Origin: Oscillospiraceae bacterium
GTDB lineage: Bacteria; Bacillota; Clostridia; Oscillospirales; Oscillospiraceae
Assembly: GCA_017543225.1 (NCBI GenBank)
Contig: JAFYGM010000025.1
Span: 1-28,959 of the forward strand
DNA length: 28,959 nt
Direction of reading: 5' to 3'
In this document: positions 1 through 9,346 of the stretch, piece after piece
Numbering within the stretch: the stretch's first letter is position 1
Layout of the letters: every line of letters begins with the position of its first letter
Made by a program: the position numbers and the translations under genes
Notes under the pieces: generated by a model
Told to the model about the DNA's origin: nothing
What the model saw: only the letters and a program-made list of their open reading frames with translations
Database searches by the model: none

Positions 1-798
1 GGTATCAACACCCGCGACTACGAGACCCGCGTTCCTGCACTGGTTGAGGCGGGGGCGGACGTGCTCTGCATTGACTCCTCCGAGGGCTTCTCGGAGTGGC
101 AGAAGCGGACCCTTGCGTGGGTTCGCGAGCGCTACGGCGACAGCGTCAAGGTTGGCGCAGGCAACGTGGTGGACGCCGAGGGCTTCCGCTTCCTTGCCGA
201 TTGCGGCGCGGACTTTGTGAAGGTCGGCATTGGCGGCGGTTCGATCTGCATCACCCGCGAGACAAAGGGCATCGGCAGAGGTCAGGCGACTGCGTTGATC
301 GAGGTCTGCAAGGCGCGTGACGAGTACTTTGCCGAAACCGGCGTCTATGTTCCTGTCTGCTCTGACGGCGGCATCGTCTACGACCATCACATCACCCTTG
401 CGCTTGCGATGGGCGCGGACTTCATCATGCTGGGTCGTTATTTCGCCCGTTTTGACGAAAGCCCTTCCAACAAGGTCTCGATCAACGGCACCTACTACAA
501 GGAATACTGGGGCGAAGGCTCCGCAAGAGCCCGCAACTGGCAGCGTTACGACCTCGGCGGTGATAAGAAGCTGTCCTTCGAGGAAGGCGTGGATTCCTAT
601 GTTCCCTATGCCGGTTCGTTGAAGGACAATGTTGCACTGACGCTCAGCAAGGTCAAATCCACAATGTGCAATTGTGGCGCGCTGACCATTGCCGATTTCC
701 AGCAGAAAGCCAAGCTGACGCTGGTTTCTGCGACCAGCATTGTCGAGGGCGGCGCCCACGACGTAATCCAGAAGGATACCAGCGCAACCATTAAGTAA
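1..798 (+). CDS. IMP dehydrogenase/GMP reductase family protein, 3' portion (5' end outside window)
   Basis: Frame is open from base 1. [12 protein letters not shown] matches the catalytic Cys loop (GIGPGSICTTR) of IMPDH/GuaC; C-terminal TIM-barrel-like region; stop at 796-798. Confidence 0.6.
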   Translation, partial: GINTRDYETRVPALVEAGADVLCIDSSEGFSEWQKRTLAWVRERYGDSVKVGAGNVVDAEGFRFLADCGADFVKVGIGGGSICITRETKGIGRGQATALIEVCKARDEYFAETGVYVPVCSDGGIVYDHHITLALAMGADFIMLGRYFARFDESPSNKVSINGTYYKEYWGEGSARARNWQRYDLGGDKKLSFEEGVDSYVPYAGSLKDNVALTLSKVKSTMCNCGALTIADFQQKAKLTLVSATSIVEGGAHDVIQKDTSATIK

Positions 799-813
799 GC
801 TCGATTCAAAAAG

Positions 814-850
814 AAACAGGTTCCCCCCGGCGGAGGAGCCTGTTTCTTTT
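814..850. terminator. Bidirectional rho-independent terminator between convergent IMPDH-like (+) and LysR (-) genes
   Basis: AAACAGGTTCC...GGAGCCTGTTT stem of about 11 bp with one G-U, followed by CTTTT on + and preceded by A-run giving TTTTTG on the - strand. Confidence 0.6.
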
Positions 851-1048
851 GAGAGTCGTTCTTCAAAGGCGATGCAGGGAAGTGTGGATTCATACGATTC
901 TCAGATAAAACCATTTCATATCATTGCGGTCAACTTCGTGCGAACCTTCGTTGTCGTCCTTGCAGGACGTCAAGCCCGCTTTTCTTGGCCTCGTCTGGCA
1001 CAAAGCTGCCTCACAAATCTTTTTGAAGCGTTTTAACGGAGAATCGCA

Positions 1049-1963
1049 TCAGACCGACGTCTCCTTCTTCGAGGCTTCGGATCTGCATACCTCGAGAAGA
1101 TAGTCCCGGAAGCGACGAATCTCGTTTTTCTTCAGAGAGGAATTCAGGCAGAGGAACCGAAGGCTGACCCAGGTTTCCGGATCGAGCGGCACGGCGGCAA
1201 CCTGAAAATACTCGGAAAAGGACTGCGGGCCAAGCGCGATGCCCATTCCGTCGCGTACCAGACGCATGTTCGTTTCAATTCCGTCGGAGCGATAGATGCG
1301 ATTGACGCTGATGTGGTATTTGCGCAGGACGGTTTTCATGGAGCGATCCTCGGCTGAGTCCTCCAGACCGGAGATCATCGTACAGCCCTGCAAATCCCGG
1401 AAGGAGAGGGAAGGACGGGAGGAACGCGGATCCTTTTGGCTCAGCAGAACGCATTGCCGCTCGCGGATCAGCGGACAGGAAAAAAGGTTTCCGACGTCTG
1501 CCTGCGGCTCCTCCACCGGAAGGCGGTCGATCGCCAGATCAAGGTCGCCTTTCTGCAGGGCGTCTACTACGTCGTGTCCCGCTTCGGTCAGGAAGGTGAC
1601 TTCAATCTCAGGCCGCTCCTCAAAGTATTCGACGATGCGGGAAAAGAGATTGTTGGAATAGACGCGGGAGCCGACGCCAAGACGGAGCCGCAGATGCTCA
1701 GACTTTGGATGCTGCTGCACAGCCTTGCAGAATTCACCCCACAGCTCCGCAATCGGGCCGGCCAGCTCACAAAAGCTGCGGCCCTCGGGCGTGAGCTGGA
1801 GACCGTTGGCTGTCCGCGAGAACAGCGGATAGCCAAGCTCCTCCTCCAAACGGCGGAGCTGCTGGGAAAGCGCGGACTGAGAGAGATAAAGGCGCTGTGC
1901 TGCCTGAGAGACGCTGTTTCTGGAGGAAATCTCCAGTACATAAAGCAACTGTTGGATCGTCAT
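1049..1963 (-). CDS. LysR-family transcriptional regulator
   Basis: N-terminal HTH MTIQQLLYVLEISSRNSVSQAAQRLYLSQSALSQQLRRLEEELG is canonical for LTTRs. About 300 aa. Divergent from the ior operon. Confidence 0.85.
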   Translation of the reverse strand: MTIQQLLYVLEISSRNSVSQAAQRLYLSQSALSQQLRRLEEELGYPLFSRTANGLQLTPEGRSFCELAGPIAELWGEFCKAVQQHPKSEHLRLRLGVGSRVYSNNLFSRIVEYFEERPEIEVTFLTEAGHDVVDALQKGDLDLAIDRLPVEEPQADVGNLFSCPLIRERQCVLLSQKDPRSSRPSLSFRDLQGCTMISGLEDSAEDRSMKTVLRKYHISVNRIYRSDGIETNMRLVRDGMGIALGPQSFSEYFQVAAVPLDPETWVSLRFLCLNSSLKKNEIRRFRDYLLEVCRSEASKKETSV

Positions 1964-2106
1964 AAGAAAAACCTCTATGCGCGAAAAATAAGTAAAACTA
2001 ATACTGATATTATAAGTTTAATCTTTACTGTTTGCAAGTATTATTTTATAATTCTTTTGTTCGGAATAAACAAACCAGTTTCGATATCAGAAAGGTGGTC
2101 ATAACA
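1964..2106. promoter_or_regulatory. AT-rich divergent promoter/operator region between LysR gene and iorA
   Basis: 143-bp AT-rich spacer with TTATAA...TTATAA repeated motifs and T-N11-A-like dyads typical of LTTR boxes; AAAGGTGG RBS before TTG at 2107. Confidence 0.4.
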
Positions 2107-3861
2107 TTGGATCGACAACTGCTTTCCGGCAATGAAGCCATTGCCAGAGGAGCCTATGAGGCCGGCGTCAAGGTCTGCTCGGCTTATCCCGGCACCCCCA
2201 GCACCGAAATCTTCGAGAACCTGCCCAAGTACAAGGATTCCCTGTACTGCGAGTGGGCACCCAATGAAAAGGTGGCAACGGAGGTTGCGTACGGCGCCAG
2301 CATCGCCGGTGTTCGCAGTCTTTGCGCCATGAAGCATGTGGGCGTCAATGTCGCGGCGGACCCCATCTTCACCGCAGCTTATAACGGCGTTAGCGGCGGC
2401 TTCGTCATCATCTCCGCTGATGATCCCAGCATGCACTCCTCCCAGAACGAGCAGGACAACCGCTACTATGCGAAGGCGGCAAAGATTGCCATGGTCGAGC
2501 CTGCGGATTCTCAGGAATGTCTTGATTTCATGAAGGCAGCTTATGAGATTTCCGAGCAGTTCGATATGCCTGTGCTGTTCCGCACGACAACGCGCGTGGC
2601 GCACTCCAAGAGCATCGTGACCTTCGGAGAGCGCGTCGAGCATGAAGCTCCTGCCTATGTCCGCAATACGCGCAAGTACATCTCCGCGCCTGCAAATGCG
2701 TATCGGAACCATCCCAAGCTGGAGGATAATCTCAAGAAGCTCGAAGCCTACGGTGTGACCAGCTCCTTGAACAAGATGGAACTGGGTGACGGCAAGATCG
2801 GTGTGATTACTGCCTCCATTGCTTATTACTATGCCAAGGATGCGTTCCCCGAGGGAACCTCCTTCCTCAAGCTCGGCCTGACGAACCCCATGCCGATGGA
2901 TCTGGTTCGCGAGTTTGCCTCCAAGGTCGAGAAGCTCTATGTGATCGAAGAGCTCGATGGCTTCATGGAAGAGCAGATCAAGGCTGCCGGGATTGCCTGC
3001 GAGGGCAAGAGTCTGATCGGCAATCTTTACGAGCTGAATCCGCAGATTGTCAAGGAGCGCGTCTTTGGCGAGGCTGCCCCCATTACGAATGTCGGTGTTG
3101 AGGCGGTTTCCCGTCCGCCCGCACTTTGCCCCGGCTGTCCGCACAGAGGCTTTTTCTACACCATGTCCAAGCATAAGGACTTCGTCATTGCCGGCGATAT
3201 CGGCTGCTACACCCTCGGCGGCTCCGCTCCGCTGAACGCGCTGGATAGCGTGGTCTGCATGGGTGGCGGCTTCTCTGTTGCAATGGGTATGGCCAAGGCG
3301 TTCGAGGCCTCCGGTGTCACCGATAAGAAGGTCTTCGGCGTTCTGGGTGACTCCACCTTCTTCCACAGCGGCATGACCGGAGCTGCGGAAATCATCTACA
3401 ACAAGGGCAATCTGATCCCTGTGGTGCTCGACAACTCCATCACCGGCATGACCGGGCATCAGGACAACCCCGGCACCGGCTTTAATCTGCAGGGCGAGAT
3501 TGCAGAGGCATTGAAGATTGAGGACATTCTCAAGGCTTACGGCTACAAGAACGTCATCATTGTGGACCCGCAGGATCTGAAGGCAATGGAGCAGGCGGTG
3601 CAGGACGCGATTGCCTCTGAGGTTCCCGCTGCCATCATTACCCGCCGTCCCTGCCTGCTGATCAAGCGGATCAAGCATAACATCGGTAAGTGCGTGGTCG
3701 ATACCAACAAGTGCATCGGCTGCAAGCGCTGCCTCGGCGTGGGCTGCCCCGCCGTTCTCGTGGAAAACAAGAAGGCCCGGATCGACCACAACCAGTGCGT
3801 GGGCTGCACGGTCTGCGCGCAGGTCTGTCCGATGGGTGCCATCAGCAGAGAGGAGAAATAA
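2107..3861 (+). CDS. iorA: Indolepyruvate:ferredoxin oxidoreductase alpha subunit (TPP-binding, 2x[4Fe-4S])
   Basis: LLSGNEAIARGAYEAGV...AYPGTPSTEI N-terminus typical of IorA; TPP region GDIGCYTLG...GDSTFFHSG; C-terminal ferredoxin motifs CIGCKRCLGVGCP and CVGCTVCAQVCP. Start taken as TTG 2107 after AAAGGTGG; the alternative ATG 2032 would add a 25-aa non-conserved leader. Confidence 0.85.
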   Translation: MDRQLLSGNEAIARGAYEAGVKVCSAYPGTPSTEIFENLPKYKDSLYCEWAPNEKVATEVAYGASIAGVRSLCAMKHVGVNVAADPIFTAAYNGVSGGFVIISADDPSMHSSQNEQDNRYYAKAAKIAMVEPADSQECLDFMKAAYEISEQFDMPVLFRTTTRVAHSKSIVTFGERVEHEAPAYVRNTRKYISAPANAYRNHPKLEDNLKKLEAYGVTSSLNKMELGDGKIGVITASIAYYYAKDAFPEGTSFLKLGLTNPMPMDLVREFASKVEKLYVIEELDGFMEEQIKAAGIACEGKSLIGNLYELNPQIVKERVFGEAAPITNVGVEAVSRPPALCPGCPHRGFFYTMSKHKDFVIAGDIGCYTLGGSAPLNALDSVVCMGGGFSVAMGMAKAFEASGVTDKKVFGVLGDSTFFHSGMTGAAEIIYNKGNLIPVVLDNSITGMTGHQDNPGTGFNLQGEIAEALKIEDILKAYGYKNVIIVDPQDLKAMEQAVQDAIASEVPAAIITRRPCLLIKRIKHNIGKCVVDTNKCIGCKRCLGVGCPAVLVENKKARIDHNQCVGCTVCAQVCPMGAISREEK

Positions 3862-3864
3862 GCC

Positions 3865-4449
3865 ATGACGAAAACTAAAAGCGCGCTGCTGGTGGGCGTT
3901 GGCGGCCAGGGCGCTATCCTCACCGCAAAGGTTTTGGTCAACGGTCTGATGAAGGCCGGTTTTGACGTTAAGATGTCCGAGGTTCACGGCATGAGCCAGC
4001 GCGGCGGTTCCGTCTCCACGCAGGTTCACTGGGGCGAGAAGGTCAACTCACCTGTCATCGGCAAGGGCGCGGCGGATATCATCGTTGCGTTTGAGAAAAT
4101 GGAGGCCGTTCGCTACGCCGACTATCTCAAGCCCGACGGCGTTGTAGTCATCAACGACTATGAAATGGCTTCGTCCAGCATTGCCGCAGGTCTGGCCCAG
4201 TATCCCGAGGGCTGCCTCGAGGCAATGGAGAAGAACTTCACCTGCCACGTTCTGAAGGCCGGTGAGATTGCGGAGTCCCTTGGCAGCGCCAAGTGCATGA
4301 ACATCGTGCTCTTCGGCAGCATGGTCAAGGCCCTCGGCATGGACGGTGTCGTGGATTGGGAGCAGGTCATTACGGATACCGTTCCTCCCAAGTTCAAGGA
4401 GCTGAACCTGAAGGCTTATCGCGCCGGTCACGACGCTGTCAAGGCCTGA
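3865..4449 (+). CDS. iorB: Indolepyruvate:ferredoxin oxidoreductase beta subunit
   Basis: LLVGVGGQGAILTAKVL...GMSQRGGSV is the IorB/PorG gamma-domain signature. About 190 aa. Starts 3 nt after the iorA stop. Confidence 0.85.
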   Translation: MTKTKSALLVGVGGQGAILTAKVLVNGLMKAGFDVKMSEVHGMSQRGGSVSTQVHWGEKVNSPVIGKGAADIIVAFEKMEAVRYADYLKPDGVVVINDYEMASSSIAAGLAQYPEGCLEAMEKNFTCHVLKAGEIAESLGSAKCMNIVLFGSMVKALGMDGVVDWEQVITDTVPPKFKELNLKAYRAGHDAVKA

Positions 4450-4460
4450 GAGGTGCGGCT

Positions 4461-5360
4461 ATGCTGAAAGATTTCAAAGCGCTGCGCGAGCTGGTTGGAG
4501 CGGGCAAGCCCAAGACTGTTGCGGTTGCCTGCGCCCACGACGCGCATACCCTCGAGGCCGTGCTGCACGCGGCCTCCGAGGGCATCCTGAATTACCTTCT
4601 GGTCGGTCACAGAGACGAAATCAAGCGCATTGGCCGCGAGCTGGGGCATGAGATTGACGACAGCACCATCCTTGACGCGGAAACCGACGAGGAAGCTGCC
4701 CGCATTGCTGTGGAGCTGATCCGCGAGGACAAGGCCGATTTCCTCCAGAAGGGGTATATGCAGACCTCTACGATTCTGAAGGCCGTGGTCAACAAGCAGA
4801 CCGGCATCGGAATGGGCGGCATTATTTCTCATACCGCTTTTATCGAGATTCCCGGCTACCACAAGCTGCTCGGCGTGGCAGACGGCGGCATGGTGCCGCA
4901 TCCCGACCTCGAGCAGAAGAAGGGCATCCTTCGCAACGCGGTCGAAGCCTTCCGTGCGATGGGCTATGACCGTCCTCTCGTCGCTGCTGTTTGCGCGGCG
5001 GAAACCGTCAGCCCCAAGATCATCGAGACTGTAGACGGTGCTGCGCTGAAGGAAGCGGCTCTGGCCGGCGAGTTCGGAGAATGCTATGTCGAAGGCCCCA
5101 TTTCGTTGGATCTCGCGATGGACAAGACCTCCTGTGAGATCAAAAAATACGACAGCCCGGTCAGCGGCAACACCGATATCCTGCTGGTTCCCTATATGGC
5201 AGTCGGCAATATCTTTGTCAAGGGCCTGCTGCTCTATGCCGGCGCCAGAATGGTTGGCGTCGTCACCGGTGCCAAGTGCCCCATCGCTCTGAATTCCCGC
5301 AGTGCCAGCTTTGAGGAGAAGTATTACTCTCTTATGGCCTGCGCCGCGATTTGCCGCTGA
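4461..5360 (+). CDS. ptb: Phosphate butyryltransferase/phosphotransacylase-family protein
   Basis: About 300 aa Pta/Ptb fold (KTVAVACAHD...LLVG...ADFLQKG...GPISLDLA). ATG 4461 follows GAGGTG; the upstream in-frame ORF extension (from 4293) is Arg-rich junk overlapping iorB. Confidence 0.8.
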   Translation: MLKDFKALRELVGAGKPKTVAVACAHDAHTLEAVLHAASEGILNYLLVGHRDEIKRIGRELGHEIDDSTILDAETDEEAARIAVELIREDKADFLQKGYMQTSTILKAVVNKQTGIGMGGIISHTAFIEIPGYHKLLGVADGGMVPHPDLEQKKGILRNAVEAFRAMGYDRPLVAAVCAAETVSPKIIETVDGAALKEAALAGEFGECYVEGPISLDLAMDKTSCEIKKYDSPVSGNTDILLVPYMAVGNIFVKGLLLYAGARMVGVVTGAKCPIALNSRSASFEEKYYSLMACAAICR

Positions 5361-5374
5361 GGCAAGGAGGTATC

Positions 5375-6463
5375 ATGTCTTATCTCCAGCTCATCATCAA
5401 TCCCGGTTCTACCAGCACGAAGCTGGCCCTCTACGACGGTGATCAGAAGGTTCTGCAGTCGAGCATCGAGCATAAGCCCGAGCAGCTTCTTGGTTTCGAG
5501 AAGATCGGAGATCAGGTGCCCTTCCGTCTGGCACTGATTCGGGATTTCATGAAACAAAACCAGATCAAGGGCGAGGAGCTTGCAGCAGTCGTTGGACGCG
5601 GCGGTTTGGTCTTCGGCCTGAAGACCGGCGGCTATGAGGTCAATGACGATCTCTGCGAGGCACTGGTCAACCACGACTACAGTCAGCCCCATGCCTCCAA
5701 TCTGGGCGGACTTCTGGCCCGCGCAATCGCGGAGGAGTTCCATATTCCTGCCTATATCTATGACGCTGTGACCTCCGGTGAACTCAGCCCGGTGGCTGAG
5801 ATTACCGGCATGGCGGACATCCGTCGCCGCAGCTTCTGCCATGTGCTGAACAGCCGTGCGCAGGCCATCCGCTATGCCGAATCCATCGGCAAGAAGTATG
5901 AGGATCTGAACCTGATTGTTGTGCATCTTGGCGGCGGAACCTCCGCCAGCGTCCACAATCACGGCTCGATCATTGACTCCGTGGGTGACGACGACGGACA
6001 GTTCTCTCCCGAGCGCGCCGGCTGCTTCCCCTCTCTGGAGATCGTCCGGCTCTGCTTCTCCGGTAAGTACACGAAGGCGCAGATGGACAAGAAAATCCGC
6101 GGTAAGGGCGGCATGTATTCCCATCTTGGCACCAGCGACTGCCGTGAGATTGAGAAAATGATCCAAAACGGCGACAAGCACGCGGATCTTGTGTTTCAGG
6201 CGCAGGCCTATCAGATTTCCAAAACGATCGGTCTTCTGTCGATCGTTCTCAAGGGAGACTGCGATGCCATCATTCTGACCGGCGGCATGGCCTACTCCAA
6301 GATGCTGACCGATCGGATCAGAGAGTATGTGGGCTTTCTGGCTCCTGTGATCGTCATGGCTGGCGAAAATGAAATGGAAGCTCTTGCGAAGGGCGGTCTT
6401 CGGATTCTCACCGGGCAGGAGCAGGCGAACGTATATCATTTACCGGAAAGGAAGGAATCATAA
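5375..6463 (+). CDS. buk: Butyrate kinase-family acyl kinase
   Basis: MSYLQLIINPGSTSTKLALYD is the classic ASKHA/butyrate kinase N-terminus; about 360 aa; AAGGAGG RBS 6 nt upstream. Confidence 0.85.
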   Translation: MSYLQLIINPGSTSTKLALYDGDQKVLQSSIEHKPEQLLGFEKIGDQVPFRLALIRDFMKQNQIKGEELAAVVGRGGLVFGLKTGGYEVNDDLCEALVNHDYSQPHASNLGGLLARAIAEEFHIPAYIYDAVTSGELSPVAEITGMADIRRRSFCHVLNSRAQAIRYAESIGKKYEDLNLIVVHLGGGTSASVHNHGSIIDSVGDDDGQFSPERAGCFPSLEIVRLCFSGKYTKAQMDKKIRGKGGMYSHLGTSDCREIEKMIQNGDKHADLVFQAQAYQISKTIGLLSIVLKGDCDAIILTGGMAYSKMLTDRIREYVGFLAPVIVMAGENEMEALAKGGLRILTGQEQANVYHLPERKES

Positions 6464-7653
6464 TGGTCGTAGAACGCTATCATCAGATGGGTGTTGCCAA
6501 GAGCCGCATCCGTGTTCTGTTTGAGTATGGCATGGCGCAGGCCGCCAAGGTCGGCAAGGAGAATGTGTTTGACTTCTCCATTGGCAATCCCTCTGTTCCC
6601 GCACCCGCCGCAGTTGCGGACACGGTTCGCGAGCTTCTGGAGATGGATCCCATTGCTCTGCACGGATATACGCCTGCTGGCGGCTGTGCGGAGGCGCGCG
6701 AGTCCATCGCTGCGGATCTGACCAAACGCACCGGTACGAAGATTCGTCCGGAGAACATCTTCTTTACCTGCGGCGCTGCGCCTGCTATGACCTCCTGCAT
6801 GCAGGCCTTGGCGGTGGAGAACGCGGAGTTCCTGCTTCTGGCGCCTTATTTCTCCGAGTATCCCGCTTACGCGGCCTCTACGGGTGCAAAGTGTGTTGTG
6901 GTTCCCCCTGATACCGAGCACTTTCAGGTGCATGTGGACGAGGTGGAGAAGCGGATCACCAAGAATACGCAGGCGATCATTGTCAACTCTCCCAACAATC
7001 CCTCCGGCGTGATCTACAGTGTGGAGACGCTCAAGGCCCTCGCTGAGGTTCTGACGCGCAAGAGCGAAGAGATCGGACACCCGATTTACATCTTCTCCGA
7101 CGAGCCCTACCGGGAACTGACCTATGACGGACTGGATGCGCCCTACATTCCTTCGATCTACCCCAACACCATTATCTGCTATTCCTACTCCAAGATCCTG
7201 TCCATGCCCGGCGAACGTATCGGCTATGTCTGTGTGCCCGATTGCTGCGCCGACAGCGAAGCGGTCTATGCTGCCATTGCCGGCGCGGCCCGTGCCCTTG
7301 GTCACGTCTGTGCGCCCTCTCTGTGGCAGCGCGTCGTGGCGCGCAACACCGCGCTGCGCCCCGATCTAAAGACCTATGATCAGAACCGGATCACCCTGTA
7401 TACGGAGCTGACGAAGATGGGCTTCCGCTGCGTCAAGCCGCAAGGCGCCTTCTACATGATGGTTGCCGCGCCCGACGGAGACTCCGAGGGCTTCTCTGAC
7501 AGAGCGAAGGAGTTGAACATCCTTGCCGTTCCCTGTGACGGCTTCGGCTGCCCCGGCTTCGTTCGTTTCAGTACCTGCGTCAGCCCCGAAATGATCCAGC
7601 GCAGCCTTCCCAGCTTCCGCAAGCTGGCGGCATCCTACGGACTGAACGGCTGA
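6463..7653 (+). CDS. Class I/II PLP-dependent aminotransferase (aromatic/aspartate aminotransferase-like)
   Basis: About 396 aa; FDFSIGNPSVPAP, NSPNNPSGV and the Lys region YSYSKILSMPGERIGY are typical of fold-type I aminotransferases. ATG overlaps the buk stop (TAATGG); AAAGGAAGGAA RBS. Confidence 0.8.
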   Translation: MVVERYHQMGVAKSRIRVLFEYGMAQAAKVGKENVFDFSIGNPSVPAPAAVADTVRELLEMDPIALHGYTPAGGCAEARESIAADLTKRTGTKIRPENIFFTCGAAPAMTSCMQALAVENAEFLLLAPYFSEYPAYAASTGAKCVVVPPDTEHFQVHVDEVEKRITKNTQAIIVNSPNNPSGVIYSVETLKALAEVLTRKSEEIGHPIYIFSDEPYRELTYDGLDAPYIPSIYPNTIICYSYSKILSMPGERIGYVCVPDCCADSEAVYAAIAGAARALGHVCAPSLWQRVVARNTALRPDLKTYDQNRITLYTELTKMGFRCVKPQGAFYMMVAAPDGDSEGFSDRAKELNILAVPCDGFGCPGFVRFSTCVSPEMIQRSLPSFRKLAASYGLNG

Positions 7654-7689
7654 TCCGACAGATTCTTTTCAAAAGGAGGACAACACAGC

Positions 7690-9330
7690 ATGGCAAAGAA
7701 ATATCCCCTCAATGTTAAAACGCCCAGCAGTCTGACCTATGTGACGCGCAAGATTCCTGCCGTCACGATGGAGCAGCGCGAGCGCGCTCTGAAAGCAACC
7801 CACTATAACGAATTCGCATTTCCTGCCGGGTTGCTGACCATTGATATGCTCTCTGATTCCGGCACCACGGCCATGACCGACGTGCAGTGGTCTTCCATGT
7901 TCCTCGGTGACGAGTCCTACGGACGGAACAAGGGCTATTATGTCCTGCTTGACGCTTTTCGCGATGTGTTTGAGCGCGGCGGCGAAAAAAACTGGAAGAA
8001 GTGCATTGATCTGATTCGCACCGACTGTCAGGATATCGAGAAGCTGATGAATGAGCTTTACCTCTGCGAGTATGAGGGCGGTTTCTTCAACGGCGGCGCG
8101 GCGCAGCTTGAGCGTCCCAATACCTTCCTGCTCCAGCAGGGAAGGGCGGCGGAGTCTGTGCTGTTTGAGATGGTCAAGAAGATTATGGCCCAGCGGCATC
8201 CCGGCAAGGTGTTCACCATCCCTTCCAACGGACACTTTGATACGACCGAAGGCAATATCAAGCAGATGGGCTCGATCCCCCGCAACCTCTACAACAAGGA
8301 ACTTCTCTATGAGGTTCCCGAGGGCGGCAAATATGCGAAGAACCCCTTTAAGGGCGATATGGACGTGAAGAAGCTGGAGGAGCTGATTGAGACGGTTGGC
8401 CCCGAGAATGTTCCCCTGATCTACACCACCATCACCAATAACACCGTCTGCGGGCAGGCGGTTTCGATGAAGTCTATCCGTGAAACCGCAAAGATTGCCG
8501 AGAAGTATGACATTCCCTTCATGTTCGACGCGGCCCGCTGGGCGGAGAACGCCTACTTCATTAAGGTCAATGAGGAAGGCTATGCCGACAAGTCCATCGC
8601 GGAGATTGCAACCGAGATGTTCTCCTACTGTGACGGATTTACGATGTCCGCCAAGAAGAACGGGCACGCCAACATGGGCGGTATGCTCGCCTTCCGCGAC
8701 AAGGGCCGCTTCTGGAGAAAGTTCTCCGATTTCAACGAGGACGGCACCGTGAAGACCGACGTGGGTGTGCTGTTGAAGGTCAAGCAGATTTCCTGCTACG
8801 GCAACGACTCCTACGGCGGCATGTCCGGCCGTGACATTATGGCGCTTGCAGCCGGCCTCTACGAGGAGTGCAACTTCAACTATCAGGAAGCGCGTGTGCA
8901 GCAGTGTGAGTATCTGGCGCAGGGGTTCTACAAGGCCGGTGTCAAGGGCGTCATTCTGCCTGCCGGCGGCCACGGCGTCTATATCAACATGACGGAATTC
9001 TTCGACGGCAAGCGCGGACATGAGAAGTTTGCCGGTCAGGGCTTCTCCATCGAGCTGATCCGCCGCTACGGTATCCGGACTGCGGAGCTCGGCGACTACT
9101 CCATGGAGTATGATCTGAAGACGCCTGAGCAGCAGGAGGAAGTCTGCAACGTGGTTCGCTTCGCTGTGAATCGCTCCATGTTCAATCAGGAGCACATGGA
9201 CTACATTATCGCTGCGGTAAAGGCCCTCTATGAGGACCGGGAATCCATTCCCAACGTGCGAATCATTGCCGGCAAGGATCTTCCCATGCGCCACTTCCAC
9301 GCATTCCTTGAGCCCTATCCCAACGAGTAA
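7690..9330 (+). CDS. Tryptophanase/tyrosine phenol-lyase family beta-eliminating lyase (unusually long, 546 aa)
   Basis: Aligns by eye to E. coli TnaA blocks: TDSGTTAMTD~TDSGTGAVTQ, GHFDTTEGN~NYFFDTTQGH, DIPFMFDAARWAENAYFIK~DIPVVMDSARFAENAYFIK, and the PLP-Lys block MSAKKNGHANMGGML~MSAKKDAMVPMGGLL. AAAGGAGG RBS. Confidence 0.75.
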   Translation: MAKKYPLNVKTPSSLTYVTRKIPAVTMEQRERALKATHYNEFAFPAGLLTIDMLSDSGTTAMTDVQWSSMFLGDESYGRNKGYYVLLDAFRDVFERGGEKNWKKCIDLIRTDCQDIEKLMNELYLCEYEGGFFNGGAAQLERPNTFLLQQGRAAESVLFEMVKKIMAQRHPGKVFTIPSNGHFDTTEGNIKQMGSIPRNLYNKELLYEVPEGGKYAKNPFKGDMDVKKLEELIETVGPENVPLIYTTITNNTVCGQAVSMKSIRETAKIAEKYDIPFMFDAARWAENAYFIKVNEEGYADKSIAEIATEMFSYCDGFTMSAKKNGHANMGGMLAFRDKGRFWRKFSDFNEDGTVKTDVGVLLKVKQISCYGNDSYGGMSGRDIMALAAGLYEECNFNYQEARVQQCEYLAQGFYKAGVKGVILPAGGHGVYINMTEFFDGKRGHEKFAGQGFSIELIRRYGIRTAELGDYSMEYDLKTPEQQEEVCNVVRFAVNRSMFNQEHMDYIIAAVKALYEDRESIPNVRIIAGKDLPMRHFHAFLEPYPNE

Positions 9331-9346
9331 TCGCGATCAAATGCAA

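Noticed and set aside
872-1027. 51-aa hydrophobic small ORF (MQGSVDSYDSQIKPFHIIAVNFVRTFVVVLAGRQARFSWPRLAQSCLTNLF) in the IMPDH/LysR intergenic region
   Set aside because: Weak RBS, lies between a terminator and a convergent gene, and no support beyond an open frame. Noted as a possible small membrane peptide only.
2032-2106. Upstream ATG extension of iorA (MQVLFYNSFVRNKQTSFDIRKVVIT)
   Set aside because: The extension is non-conserved-looking and AT-rich, with no RBS. TTG 2107 with AAAGGTGG gives the canonical IorA N-terminus. The start remains somewhat uncertain.
2041-4029. 662-aa ORF antisense to iorA/iorB; similar long antisense ORFs at 5324..6439, 6436..7305, 7669..9300, 15873..17477, 20314..21945 and 25574..26701
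   Set aside because: Typical stop-codon-poor antisense frames of a roughly 60% GC genome. Translations are Arg/Ala/Gly/Leu-rich with no motifs, and the sense frames carry clear family signatures and RBSs.
4293-4460. Upstream extension of the ptb ORF overlapping iorB
   Set aside because: Arg-rich, out of character, and overlaps the iorB 3' end; ATG 4461 has a GAGGTG RBS.
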